Source: an uncultured Maribacter sp.
GTDB taxonomy: Bacteria; Bacteroidota; Bacteroidia; Flavobacteriales; Flavobacteriaceae
Length of the DNA stretch: 64,000 nucleotides
Direction of reading: 5' to 3'
Assembly: GCF_963974015.1 (NCBI RefSeq)
Contig: NZ_CAXBBZ010000007.1
Location: 64,126 to 128,125 of the forward strand
The notes beneath the pieces are model-generated. The model saw only the letters and a program-made list of their open reading frames with translations, had not been told where the DNA came from and made no database searches. The translations under genes and the position numbers were made by a program. This document shows, in pieces, positions 1 through 8,607 of the stretch; position 1 is the first letter of the stretch, and the number at the start of each line of letters is the position of its first letter.

Positions 1-800
1 ATGCCATTTGTTATGCACTTGAATTTTTTAAAACCGAGAAATGCATATTTCAAATACTACATACGTATACTCCAACCTTTTATCGCATGGATTATTTAAT
101 GGGTGGGCCAACTTATAGCGCAATACCCGATATGGGCGTAGACATTGCGCAGGCAGGGTTAGATAAAACTTTAGTGGATATAAAATTACAATTCAATAAC
201 CCTAATCATACTTTCAAAACCCTTTCCGCATTTAACACCTTGACCCATGAGATCTTGGAACTTTCAGAAACCAAAAATTTTGATTTGGTCGTAATGGGAA
301 CACAAGGAGCAACTGGTGCCAAGGAAATTTTTCTGGGAACGCATACCGTTCATGTCATTAGAAAATCAAAAATTCCAGTATTGGCCGTTCCTGTCGGTTA
401 TGAGTTTAAAAAAATAAAATCTATTATTTTTCCTACCGATTATGGACAATTATACCTTGATAAAGATTTAAAACTTTTAGTTAACATTTCTAATACCCAC
501 AAAGCAAAATTAACCATATTACACGTAAAAGAAGAGTATGATTTGGTCGATGAACAGAAGGTGAATAAAAAGGCGCTAATGGATTATTTTAAAAATATTA
601 ATCCCGATTTCGTAGAGGAAAGAGGCAAATTGATGCCCGAGGCAATCCGAACATATATTGAAGAGCACCAATCGGAACTTTTGGTAATTATGAGCAGAAA
701 ACATTCTTTATTAGAAAGATTAATAGTAAAATCGAATGTAGATTTTATTGGATATCATACTAAAATTCCTTTTTTGGTTATACCAGAAGCTTCAGAATAA
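1..800 (+). CDS. Universal stress protein, tandem two-domain UspA type; 5' end lies outside the window
   Basis: Track ORF 87..800 stays open in the same frame back to nt 3 (AICYALEFFKTEKCIFQILHTYTPTFY), matching the N-terminal region of the paralog at 3428. Usp nucleotide-loop-like VVMGTQGATGAKEIFLGTHT. Second-domain start IIFPTDY. C-terminal IPFLVIP. Confidence 0.85.
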   Translation, partial: AICYALEFFKTEKCIFQILHTYTPTFYRMDYLMGGPTYSAIPDMGVDIAQAGLDKTLVDIKLQFNNPNHTFKTLSAFNTLTHEILELSETKNFDLVVMGTQGATGAKEIFLGTHTVHVIRKSKIPVLAVPVGYEFKKIKSIIFPTDYGQLYLDKDLKLLVNISNTHKAKLTILHVKEEYDLVDEQKVNKKALMDYFKNINPDFVEERGKLMPEAIRTYIEEHQSELLVIMSRKHSLLERLIVKSNVDFIGYHTKIPFLVIPEASE

Positions 801-972
801 CACTTTAAAAAAAATATTAATAGAATCTTCTACAACCGATTTTTTAGATATTCAAATTCATAAGTAATACAAGCTCATTTTTAATTGATTGGTAGTGGTA
901 ATAACATCAATATAGCTCTGCATTTATGGTAATAAAATAAGACACTTAACGCTATATCTTATTTATATATGA

Positions 973-984
973 TGACCAATATCA
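973..984. promoter_or_regulatory. Candidate Crp/Fnr-type operator TGACCAATATCA
   Basis: 12-nt TGA-N6-TCA element read directly. Its centre is about 54 nt upstream of the ATG at 1033. One of four related boxes in this island. Confidence 0.4.
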
Positions 985-1032
985 GTTGAAACCTTCATAT
1001 GATTACTTTAATTTGAACAATAATTTAAGGGT

Positions 1033-2004
1033 ATGGTAAATAAGGTGGTTTTAGGAATTGACATTGGTGGTAGCCTTACTAAGGTTGGCCTCGTTACTAG
1101 AGAAGGGAATATTTTAGAGAAGACCGTTTTCAAAACCAATGCTCAAAATCCGTTTCCAATTTTCATGGAAAAACTAAAATTGGAAGTGGAAACCCTTCTT
1201 CAAAAATGGGAAGGAGAAATAGAAATACTGTCTATCGGTGTTGGTGCTCCTAATGCCAACCCATACACAGGGCAAATTGAAAACCCTCCGAACCTGAAAT
1301 GGGGAAAGACCACTTCGATATCAAAGATTATCAATCAAACTTTTAAACTTCCTGTATCTCTAGCGAACGATGCAAATGCAGCTGCTCTAGGGGAAATGCT
1401 TTTTGGCGCTGCAAAAGGAATGAAGAATTTTGTGGCATTGACTTTAGGTACAGGACTAGGAAGCGGAATAATTGTAAATGGCCAGCTATTAATTGGAGAA
1501 CATGGTGCTGCAGGAGAAATTGGCCATGTAAATGTTGACACAAAAGGTAGAATGTGTAATTGTGGTTTACGGGGTTGTTTGGAAACGTATGCATCGGTCA
1601 CCGGTATAAAAAAAACCGTTTTTGAATTAATGGCAGATATGCGAGAAGATTCACCATTACGTGCCCTTAGCTTTGAAGATATGACCGGAACGGATATTTC
1701 TGAGGCGGCGCTAAAAGGAGATTTAATTGCATTTACGGCTTTTGAAAAAACAGGTGAAGTTCTTGGAAGTAAAATGGCAGATACCGTTGCCCATTTAGAC
1801 CCAGAGGCATTTATACTATCTGGCGGATTGAGCAAAGCAGGCGATATTCTACTACAACCTATAAAAACCCACATGGACAAATACCTTTTTAATGCCTACA
1901 AAGGCAAAATAAAGGTGTTATTATCAACCGCTACAAGCGCCGATGCGGTGCTAGGCCCTGCTGCATTGGCCTGGTTAGAATTAGAAGAAACATTACTTGC
2001 ATGA
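1033..2004 (+). CDS. ROK-family sugar kinase, probably glucokinase
   Basis: N-terminal ATP-binding GIDIGGSLTKVGLV. ROK signature region with the zinc motif HVNVDTKGRMCNCGLRGCLETYAS. 323 aa with no N-terminal HTH, so a kinase rather than a repressor. Confidence 0.85.
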   Translation: MVNKVVLGIDIGGSLTKVGLVTREGNILEKTVFKTNAQNPFPIFMEKLKLEVETLLQKWEGEIEILSIGVGAPNANPYTGQIENPPNLKWGKTTSISKIINQTFKLPVSLANDANAAALGEMLFGAAKGMKNFVALTLGTGLGSGIIVNGQLLIGEHGAAGEIGHVNVDTKGRMCNCGLRGCLETYASVTGIKKTVFELMADMREDSPLRALSFEDMTGTDISEAALKGDLIAFTAFEKTGEVLGSKMADTVAHLDPEAFILSGGLSKAGDILLQPIKTHMDKYLFNAYKGKIKVLLSTATSADAVLGPAALAWLELEETLLA

Positions 2005-2013
2005 TTATAATCA
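2002..2013. promoter_or_regulatory. Candidate Crp/Fnr-type operator TGATTATAATCA (perfect palindrome)
   Basis: Overlaps the TGA stop of the ROK kinase. Lies 36-57 nt upstream of the next Usp start. TTATAATCA is repeated directly at 2015..2023. Confidence 0.35.
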
Positions 2014-2043
2014 TTTATAATCACATTAAGTGCAGCTACATTT

Positions 2044-2904
2044 ATGACTAAATCAATACGTACTATGAAAAACATACTGATTCCAACAGATTTTTCTGAA
2101 AACGCATGGAATGCCATTATTTATGGTACATCATTGTTCAAAAAAATTAATTGCACTTTTTATTTGATTCATGTAAATCCTATTCAACCATATTCGGGTA
2201 GTGAAACCAACATGTTCGTACCTCCAGAAATACTTGAAGAAAGCATTTTAAAGGAGAGCAGGAAAAAATTAAAATCATTGTTAAAAAATATTCAAAAATT
2301 ACCACTGAATATGAAGCATACATTTGAAACAAAAGCTATGTATGGTTTTTTTACCGATTATGTAAAACAAGAAGTAATAGATAAAAACATTGATCTAATT
2401 ATTATGGGCACCAAAGGGGCATCGGGAATAAAAGCTGTTTCTTTAGGCAGCAATACTGGCAATATTATCACCAAAGTGCCGTGTGCTGTATTAGCAGTAC
2501 CAGAAAATGCAAAATATAGCGACCCAAAAGAAATAGGTTTTCCAACAGATTTTCTTTTAGGGTATGATGCCACGGTCATGAAAAAGATAAAAGAGCTTGT
2601 TTTGATGCATAATTCTGCTATACGATTTTTATACGTGGCTTCTAAAGGAAATGGTCTTAGTCTTGAGCAATTAAAAAACCGTGAATTTTTAAAAGATTTT
2701 TTTACGGACATAGCCTATTCATTTCATACCCTAACGGCAAAAAAAATTGACATAGCCGTTCAACATTTTGTTGAAAATTGCAATTTAGATATGATCATAA
2801 TGGTTACAAAAAACCTCAATTTCATAGAGCGTATTCTGTTTAGACCAAAAGTTGAGAGAATTAGTTACCACTTAACTGTTCCATTTCTGGTAATTCATGA
2901 GTAA
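2044..2904 (+). CDS. Universal stress protein, tandem two-domain UspA type
   Basis: MKNILIPTDFSENAWNA, IIMGTKGASGIKAVSLGSNT, GFPTDF, VPFLVIHE. The true start may be the ATG at 2065 (MKNILIPTDFS), as in the paralogs. Confidence 0.9.
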   Translation: MTKSIRTMKNILIPTDFSENAWNAIIYGTSLFKKINCTFYLIHVNPIQPYSGSETNMFVPPEILEESILKESRKKLKSLLKNIQKLPLNMKHTFETKAMYGFFTDYVKQEVIDKNIDLIIMGTKGASGIKAVSLGSNTGNIITKVPCAVLAVPENAKYSDPKEIGFPTDFLLGYDATVMKKIKELVLMHNSAIRFLYVASKGNGLSLEQLKNREFLKDFFTDIAYSFHTLTAKKIDIAVQHFVENCNLDMIIMVTKNLNFIERILFRPKVERISYHLTVPFLVIHE

Positions 2905-3009
2905 AATTCACAAAACACAATAGAATTAAGTCTTTGATCATTAAGCTTGTTAATGAATTAATGGGGCTCCACTAAAATTGAAGATGAACTATAAATTCTT
3001 TAATACTAA

Positions 3010-3309
3010 TTAGGCATGCGATTTTACGATTTGAATTAAATCGTTCTTTTGCAATACCCCAGACTGTCGCCAAAGCTGTTTCCCATTTTTGAACAATAGC
3101 ATGGTAGGCACTCCCCGAACTTGGTATTTTGCGGCAATCGATTGATTTTTGTCTACATCTATTTTGACTATTTTGATTGCTTCTCCCATATCATCCTTTA
3201 CTTGTTTTAAAATAGGGGCCAACATTTTACATGGTCCACACCAATCTGCATAAAAATCTACAAGAACTGGAATTTCAGATTCTATAATTTTAGAAAAACT
3301 ACTTTTCAT
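3010..3309 (-). CDS. trxA: Thioredoxin
   Basis: 99 aa with the canonical WCGPC active site and a thioredoxin-fold sequence (VLVDFYADWCGPCKMLAP...GVPTMLLFKNG). Confidence 0.95.
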   Translation of the reverse strand: MKSSFSKIIESEIPVLVDFYADWCGPCKMLAPILKQVKDDMGEAIKIVKIDVDKNQSIAAKYQVRGVPTMLLFKNGKQLWRQSGVLQKNDLIQIVKSHA

Positions 3310-3359
3310 CTATTTATAATTTAAAAACTAAAAATAGTTTAAAGTATACTATGACAAAC

Positions 3360-3371
3360 TGACCAATGTCA
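3360..3371. promoter_or_regulatory. Candidate Crp/Fnr-type operator TGACCAATGTCA in a divergent promoter region
   Basis: Lies between trx (start 3309, minus strand) and usp (start 3428, plus strand). The centre is about 56 nt and 62 nt from the two start codons. Differs from the box at 973 at only one position. Confidence 0.45.
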
Positions 3372-3427
3372 TGGCTATTAGATTTACGCTTCACTAATTT
3401 TATTTCACAATCAAAAAACATTTTAGA

Positions 3428-4264
3428 ATGATACGAATTCTTTTACCTACTGATTTTTCTGAAAATTCCTTAAAAGCGATTCGATATGCATTAAAGGCCT
3501 ATAAAGACTTAAAAGTTACGTTCTATTTACTTCATACCTATACCCCACCGTTCTATCAGGCCGAATATGTTATTGGTAGCCCCGGCCAAATTGGTTTAGG
3601 AGATATTTTACAGGAAAATAGTATGACACAATTAGAGAAATTTAAAGATGGCCTAGAACATCAATACCCAAACCCTAACCATTCTATAATTGTTCATTCT
3701 GCTTTTAATACACTAATAAGTGAGGTTTTAGAAACTGTAGCTGCAGAAGACATAGATGTAATAGTAATGGGAACAAAGGGCGTTACCGGTGCAACTGAAA
3801 TTTTATTCGGAACACATACGGTTCACGTAATAAAGAAAGCAGAATGCCCAGTAATCGCTGTTCCACCAAATTTTGAATATGAAGCTCCTAAAGAAATATT
3901 ATTCCCTACCGATTTTGAAATTGTATATAAAAAAGAGAATATACAGACATTGTTGACAATTGCCACACAACACAAATCAAGAATTAATGTAATGCATGTG
4001 CGAGCAGGATATGACCTTTCTACGATTCAAGAAAAACACAAAGAAGAGCTTGAAAAACTATTAGGAAACAAAGCATTGTTTCATGAATTACCGGATAACG
4101 GTATCATAGAAGCCATCAATGAATTTCAGATAAAACAAAAGATAAACCTACTGGTGATGATAAAGAATAAACACACTTTTTTGGAACGATTGTTTATTGA
4201 ACCAATTATTAAGAAAATAGGGTTACATATTACCGTTCCTTTTATGGTACTCCCTCAAAATTAA
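3428..4264 (+). CDS. Universal stress protein, tandem two-domain UspA type
   Basis: MIRILLPTDFSENSLKA, VIVMGTKGVTGATEILFGTHT, LFPTDF, VPFMVLP. Confidence 0.9.
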   Translation: MIRILLPTDFSENSLKAIRYALKAYKDLKVTFYLLHTYTPPFYQAEYVIGSPGQIGLGDILQENSMTQLEKFKDGLEHQYPNPNHSIIVHSAFNTLISEVLETVAAEDIDVIVMGTKGVTGATEILFGTHTVHVIKKAECPVIAVPPNFEYEAPKEILFPTDFEIVYKKENIQTLLTIATQHKSRINVMHVRAGYDLSTIQEKHKEELEKLLGNKALFHELPDNGIIEAINEFQIKQKINLLVMIKNKHTFLERLFIEPIIKKIGLHITVPFMVLPQN

Positions 4265-4270
4265 AATAAT

Positions 4271-5125
4271 ATGAAAAATATACTGGTCGCTACAGATTTT
4301 TCAAACAACGCCTACTGTGCACTTTTCTATGTTACCAAATTATTGGCATCAAAACCTTGCACTTTTCATCTATTGAATGTTTTCAATGAACTAACACCTT
4401 TAAAGGGGAAAAAATCCAAATTGTTTGTTGGCAAAAAGCTGCTAGAAAAACTAAAAATTGAATCTGATGAGAATTTGACAAAGACAATGCACAAAATTGT
4501 ATTGGACAATGATAATCCGAAACATCAGTTTCAGACCATATCAGAAAAAGGAATTCTATCAAAGATTATGACTAAAACAATTGATAAGCTGTATATAGAT
4601 TTGGTCGTTATGGGCAATAAAGGCGTGACCGAAGCAGCTGATATTTTTTTTGGGAGCAATACGATACAGGTAGCGAACATAATTAACAAATGTCCCATTC
4701 TAGCCATTCCTGGTGAAATGGATTTCAAGGAACCTAAAGAAATAGCATTTGTCACCGATTTCAAGAAAGGTTGTGCAAAAAAATCAGTAGAACCATTACT
4801 ATTCATAGCCTCGTTATATAAAGCTAAAATTAGAGTATTGCATATTACGGAAGAAGAAATTTTAAATACCGAACAAGAATCCAACAAAAAATTGTTGGAT
4901 ATCTGCCTAAAGGATGTCGACCATACTTTTCATTGGAGACAATTGTTCGACGACAAAGCGAAGGTCATTCAGGAATTTCTCGAAAAATTGAATGTAGACC
5001 TATATTCTATGGTTAATCAAAAACATAACCTTTTTGAAAAATTGACCCGTGAACCTGTTATAAAAGATGTAAGTATGTATTCAGAAACCCCGTTTTTAAT
5101 TCTTCCATCTCAAGACCGATTATAA
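4271..5125 (+). CDS. Universal stress protein, tandem two-domain UspA type
   Basis: MKNILVATDFSNNAYCA, VVMGNKGVTEAADIFFGSNT, AFVTDF, TPFLILP. Only 6 nt after the preceding usp, so likely co-transcribed. Confidence 0.88.
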   Translation: MKNILVATDFSNNAYCALFYVTKLLASKPCTFHLLNVFNELTPLKGKKSKLFVGKKLLEKLKIESDENLTKTMHKIVLDNDNPKHQFQTISEKGILSKIMTKTIDKLYIDLVVMGNKGVTEAADIFFGSNTIQVANIINKCPILAIPGEMDFKEPKEIAFVTDFKKGCAKKSVEPLLFIASLYKAKIRVLHITEEEILNTEQESNKKLLDICLKDVDHTFHWRQLFDDKAKVIQEFLEKLNVDLYSMVNQKHNLFEKLTREPVIKDVSMYSETPFLILPSQDRL

Positions 5126-5185
5126 TCATAGCAAAAATATATACCACAAAATATATTTACTCTGGAAACCTCAAATAAATAAAAA

Positions 5186-6025
5186 ATGGACAAGAGAATA
5201 TTAGTACCTACAGATTTTTCGAAAAACGCCCTTAATGCCATCAGGTATGCGCTTAATCTTTATAAAGAAATTAAATGTGAATTTTACTTTTTAAACATTT
5301 TTAGGTTGGATAGCTATAGTACCGACAACCTATTTATTCCTGAACCTGATAGTGTGGAATATGAAGCCGCTAAGACTAGATCAGAAGAAGAGTTAGATAA
5401 ACTATTGGATATTCTAAAGCTACACCATGACAATTTGAAACATTCATACCATACCATTTCTACCTTTAATTTTTTAGAGGAAGCTTTAAAGCAGATAATT
5501 GCAGAAAAAGATATTGATTTAGTAGTTATGGGCACCCAAGGAGCTACTGGAGCCAAAGGTCTGATTTTTGGAAGCAATACCGTCAACGCCATGGAGAAAA
5601 TTAGGGAATGTCCTGTTTTGGCAGTTCCGGAAGATGTTCGGTTTTCGTCCCCCAAAGAAATAGTATTCCCTACAGATTATAAGACTGCCTTTAAACGCAA
5701 AGAATTGAGTTATCTTCTTGAAATTTCAAAAATGCACGACACTGCAATCCGGGTATTGTATATAGCAAAAAATGCCGAATTGAATGATGAACAAATGAAC
5801 AACCAGAAATTATTAGGAGATATATTGGGCAACTTAAAACATAGTTTTCATACCCTCTCTAAAAAGGATGTTTCAGATGGTTTAACCGGTTTTGTCGAAA
5901 GTAGGGACAGTGATATGATAGCGTTCATTAATCATAAGCACTTTTTCTTCAGAAGCATATTTTCTAAACCCTTGGTAAAGGAAATAGGATATAATGCAAT
6001 CGTTCCCTTTTTAGCTTTACATTAA
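5186..6025 (+). CDS. Universal stress protein, tandem two-domain UspA type
   Basis: RILVPTDFSKNALNA, VVMGTQGATGAKGLIFGSNT, VFPTDY, VPFLALH. Confidence 0.9.
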   Translation: MDKRILVPTDFSKNALNAIRYALNLYKEIKCEFYFLNIFRLDSYSTDNLFIPEPDSVEYEAAKTRSEEELDKLLDILKLHHDNLKHSYHTISTFNFLEEALKQIIAEKDIDLVVMGTQGATGAKGLIFGSNTVNAMEKIRECPVLAVPEDVRFSSPKEIVFPTDYKTAFKRKELSYLLEISKMHDTAIRVLYIAKNAELNDEQMNNQKLLGDILGNLKHSFHTLSKKDVSDGLTGFVESRDSDMIAFINHKHFFFRSIFSKPLVKEIGYNAIVPFLALH

Positions 6026-6394
6026 TTACAAAAAATAATGAGGCATAAAGGAATTTGAATTAAGACCTTACTAAATTTGTTGCTTATCCATTCAATTACA
6101 GCTTAATTTCTGATTTGACTATTAAAACAATAGTTGTGAAATTTACACATTGCGATTGCCCTAAATGAATTAGGGCCATGTTATAATTATATATTGACCA
6201 TCGCTATTAATGAATTTCTAAATCATTCAAAGTTTACTTTTTTGGAGCATATAGAGTAGATTATAAATGTTTTTGCTTAGTAGTTAATTAGCCTCCAATT
6301 AAAGGAAACATAGGTTTATTACTTAAATCTTAGTTTCTTACCTACATCATTGTTTCTTTTTTATTGGGTGGTAGTTTCATACATAGACCTATCA

Positions 6395-6810
6395 ATGATG
6401 GGAAAAGAACAAGTCAGAAGAACAAGAAAGTAGAAGACCTCCATTGGAAAACAAAGCAATGGAAAACACGCTTTCAAATCATGGATGATGAACTGATTCT
6501 AGCCTAACGTCTCATAGATAGTCAAATTTTTAGGCCTAAAACGAGAAATATTTCTGAGTGTATACAGGAATACAAAAAACGAATCAAGAAAATTAAGGAC
6601 ACCAAAAAAGCACTTCTCATTAATATTTCTATTCATGAAAATAATTTAGGTGGTCTATTAGACTGCACCGATAATGAATTTGAATCAAGTTTTTATCGTA
6701 AACTTGACAAGCTACAGACTAAAATAGATTCTTGTTTAGAAAATTTTCAAAAATTGAAATCAGAAATTTTCAACTACACCGGTGGTATTTTAAACTTGAA
6801 CGACTATTAA
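6395..6810 (+). pseudogene. Decayed tandem paralog of the 158-aa protein encoded at 6918..7394
   Basis: ATGATG at 6395 runs into TAG at 6431. The homologous reading frame is the +1 frame from about 6403 (KRTSQKNKKVEDLHWKTKQWKTRFQIMDDELILA), is interrupted by TAA at 6505..6507, then continues open to TAA at 6808..6810 (RLIDSQIF...ENNLGGLLDCTDNEFESSFYRKLDKLQTKIDSCLENFQKLKSEIFNYTGGIL). It aligns by eye with DMHEHSKKWFSELSFIKIEQQFLINLIHS and NQLEIMIDGVNQLEMEQAYRKTHKKLFQKVNQILLDYRTIKERGFAKLSSIL of the neighbour. Confidence 0.7.
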
Positions 6811-6846
6811 TACAAATAACATTTTCCACTTAACCTCAATAGAAAC

Positions 6847-6858
6847 TGACATATGTCA
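6847..6858. promoter_or_regulatory. Candidate Crp/Fnr-type operator TGACATATGTCA (perfect palindrome)
   Basis: Read directly. The centre is about 65 nt upstream of the ATG at 6918. Confidence 0.45.
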
Positions 6859-6917
6859 TTTTCAATCTACATGCGTTTCTTTAAATTAGAACGATAATTT
6901 AAAGAAAACCTAAGAAA

Positions 6918-7394
6918 ATGAAATATACTTATATAGACTCGTATAGTGCCGAAGATATGCATGAGCATTCTAAAAAGTGGTTTTCAGAACTTTCATTTAT
7001 TAAAATCGAGCAACAATTTCTAATTAACTTAATTCATTCTTTTGCGATTAAACCTATAGACAAAAAGGAATTTTCGAAAACAGAAGAATTTAGAAAGGAT
7101 ATAGAAGAAAACCAAAAAATATTAAATCCTATTATAAAACAAGTTCAAAAACATATGAACCAGCTAGAGATTATGATAGATGGTGTAAATCAGTTGGAAA
7201 TGGAGCAAGCCTATAGAAAGACACACAAAAAACTCTTTCAGAAGGTGAACCAAATTCTTTTGGACTATAGAACTATAAAAGAAAGAGGTTTTGCGAAATT
7301 ATCTTCAATTCTTAAATCAACGAAACAGAAAAAAGCTTTAGGCAACCCCGATTACCAGGTTAGAACCGTCAAAAAAGAAGAAATTAATTCCTAA
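6918..7394 (+). CDS. Hypothetical protein, probably helical/coiled-coil, family not recognised
   Basis: 158-aa ORF rich in K/E/Q with no signal peptide or TM segment. It has a degraded paralog immediately upstream, is preceded by a palindromic box, and is followed by ldhA. Confidence 0.6.
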   Translation: MKYTYIDSYSAEDMHEHSKKWFSELSFIKIEQQFLINLIHSFAIKPIDKKEFSKTEEFRKDIEENQKILNPIIKQVQKHMNQLEIMIDGVNQLEMEQAYRKTHKKLFQKVNQILLDYRTIKERGFAKLSSILKSTKQKKALGNPDYQVRTVKKEEINS

Positions 7395-7477
7395 AAATAC
7401 TTTCAACAATATTTCAAGAACATAATAAAGTTAGCAAAAGATTCTATCAAACTTATTTTATTCAAAATGAATAGAAG

Positions 7478-8515
7478 ATGTTTAAATATTTAGAAAAGAA
7501 CGACAATATGAAATTACTGGTTTATAGTGCAAAAGATTTCGAAATTCCTTTTTTAAAAAGCGCCAACAACAATCGTAATGAGGTAACCTATACCAAAAAT
7601 GCGTTGGACAGTGAAACGGCATTACAAGCAACTGGTTATAATGCTATTTCCATATTTTCAGGAGACGATGCCTCATCAATTGTATTAGAAAAACTTTGGG
7701 ATTTTGGCGTTCGTTATATCACCTTAAGATCTAGTGGTTATAATAACCTTAATATAAAAACTGCAAAACGTTTTGGGTTTCATGTTGCTAATGCATCAGA
7801 CTATTCTCCCCATGCTATTGCTGAGCATGCAACGGCACTTTTATTGGCCTTAAATAGAAAAATTGTTTTGGCAAATACCCATGTTCATAATTACAATTTT
7901 TTACAAGATGGCTTAATAGGTTTTAACTTACACGGTAAAACTGTTGGTATCATTGGCACCGGAAGAATAGGCAGTATTATGACCAAGATTATGCATGGTT
8001 TTGGATGTAAAATTCTGGCATATGACCAAGCACCTGATTATGACCTTATTGAGCTTTGCGATGTCACCTATACCCCACTGAACGAGTTATGTGAAGAATC
8101 TGATATCATTAGCCTTCACATACCCATGAATTATGAAAACTATTATTTTATCAATAAGGAAAAATTGTCTTTAATGAAAAATAGTACGATTCTCATAAAT
8201 ACCTCAAGAGGTGAATTGGTAGATACTAAAGCATTAATAGAAGCCTTGGAAGCTAAAAATATTGCCGGGTATGCTACCGATGTATACGAAAAAGAAAAAG
8301 GTATTTTCTTTAAGGACCATTCTAAAAATGGAATAAAAGACGAACGTTTAAAAAAATTACTATCTCTTACCAATGTTTTGCTAACACCACATCAAGCTTT
8401 TATAACAAAAGAAGCTTTGACCAATATAGCGGAGATAACTTTTGATAATTTGGATAGTTGGTCTAAAGGCCAAATCAGTAAGAACGAATTGGGTATGGAA
8501 TTAATTAATTCATAA
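7478..8515 (+). CDS. ldhA: D-lactate dehydrogenase / D-isomer-specific 2-hydroxyacid dehydrogenase
   Basis: MKLLVYSAKDFE N-terminus typical of LdhA. NAD-binding GKTVGIIGTGRIGS. C-terminal LLTPHQAF. The likely true start is the ATG at 7508. Confidence 0.85.
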   Translation: MFKYLEKNDNMKLLVYSAKDFEIPFLKSANNNRNEVTYTKNALDSETALQATGYNAISIFSGDDASSIVLEKLWDFGVRYITLRSSGYNNLNIKTAKRFGFHVANASDYSPHAIAEHATALLLALNRKIVLANTHVHNYNFLQDGLIGFNLHGKTVGIIGTGRIGSIMTKIMHGFGCKILAYDQAPDYDLIELCDVTYTPLNELCEESDIISLHIPMNYENYYFINKEKLSLMKNSTILINTSRGELVDTKALIEALEAKNIAGYATDVYEKEKGIFFKDHSKNGIKDERLKKLLSLTNVLLTPHQAFITKEALTNIAEITFDNLDSWSKGQISKNELGMELINS

Positions 8516-8607
8516 TGGTCCAAGAAAGTCACATAGAAACTTGCTTTCTACTTTTAAATCTTGGTCTAAACGAGTACTCTTGATATGAACACATTTTACG
8601 TTTTTAG

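Noticed and set aside
1335-1880. 181-aa and 83-aa antisense ORFs inside the ROK kinase gene
   Set aside because: They lie entirely within a well-supported CDS on the opposite strand. The translation is low-complexity (Ser/Pro/Ala-rich) with no recognisable motif, which is a typical shadow ORF.
6158-6176. Hairpin GCCCTAA-ATGAA-TTAGGGC downstream of the fifth usp gene
   Set aside because: It has a perfect 7-bp stem but no U-tract on either strand, and it lies about 130 nt from the nearest stop codon. I cannot call it a terminator or an RNA element from sequence alone.
8516-8607. AGAAAG ... CTTTCT inverted repeat between convergent ldhA and GH78
   Set aside because: It has a 6-bp stem, a 15-nt loop and only a weak T-run. 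It may act as a terminator, but the evidence is insufficient to list it as a feature.
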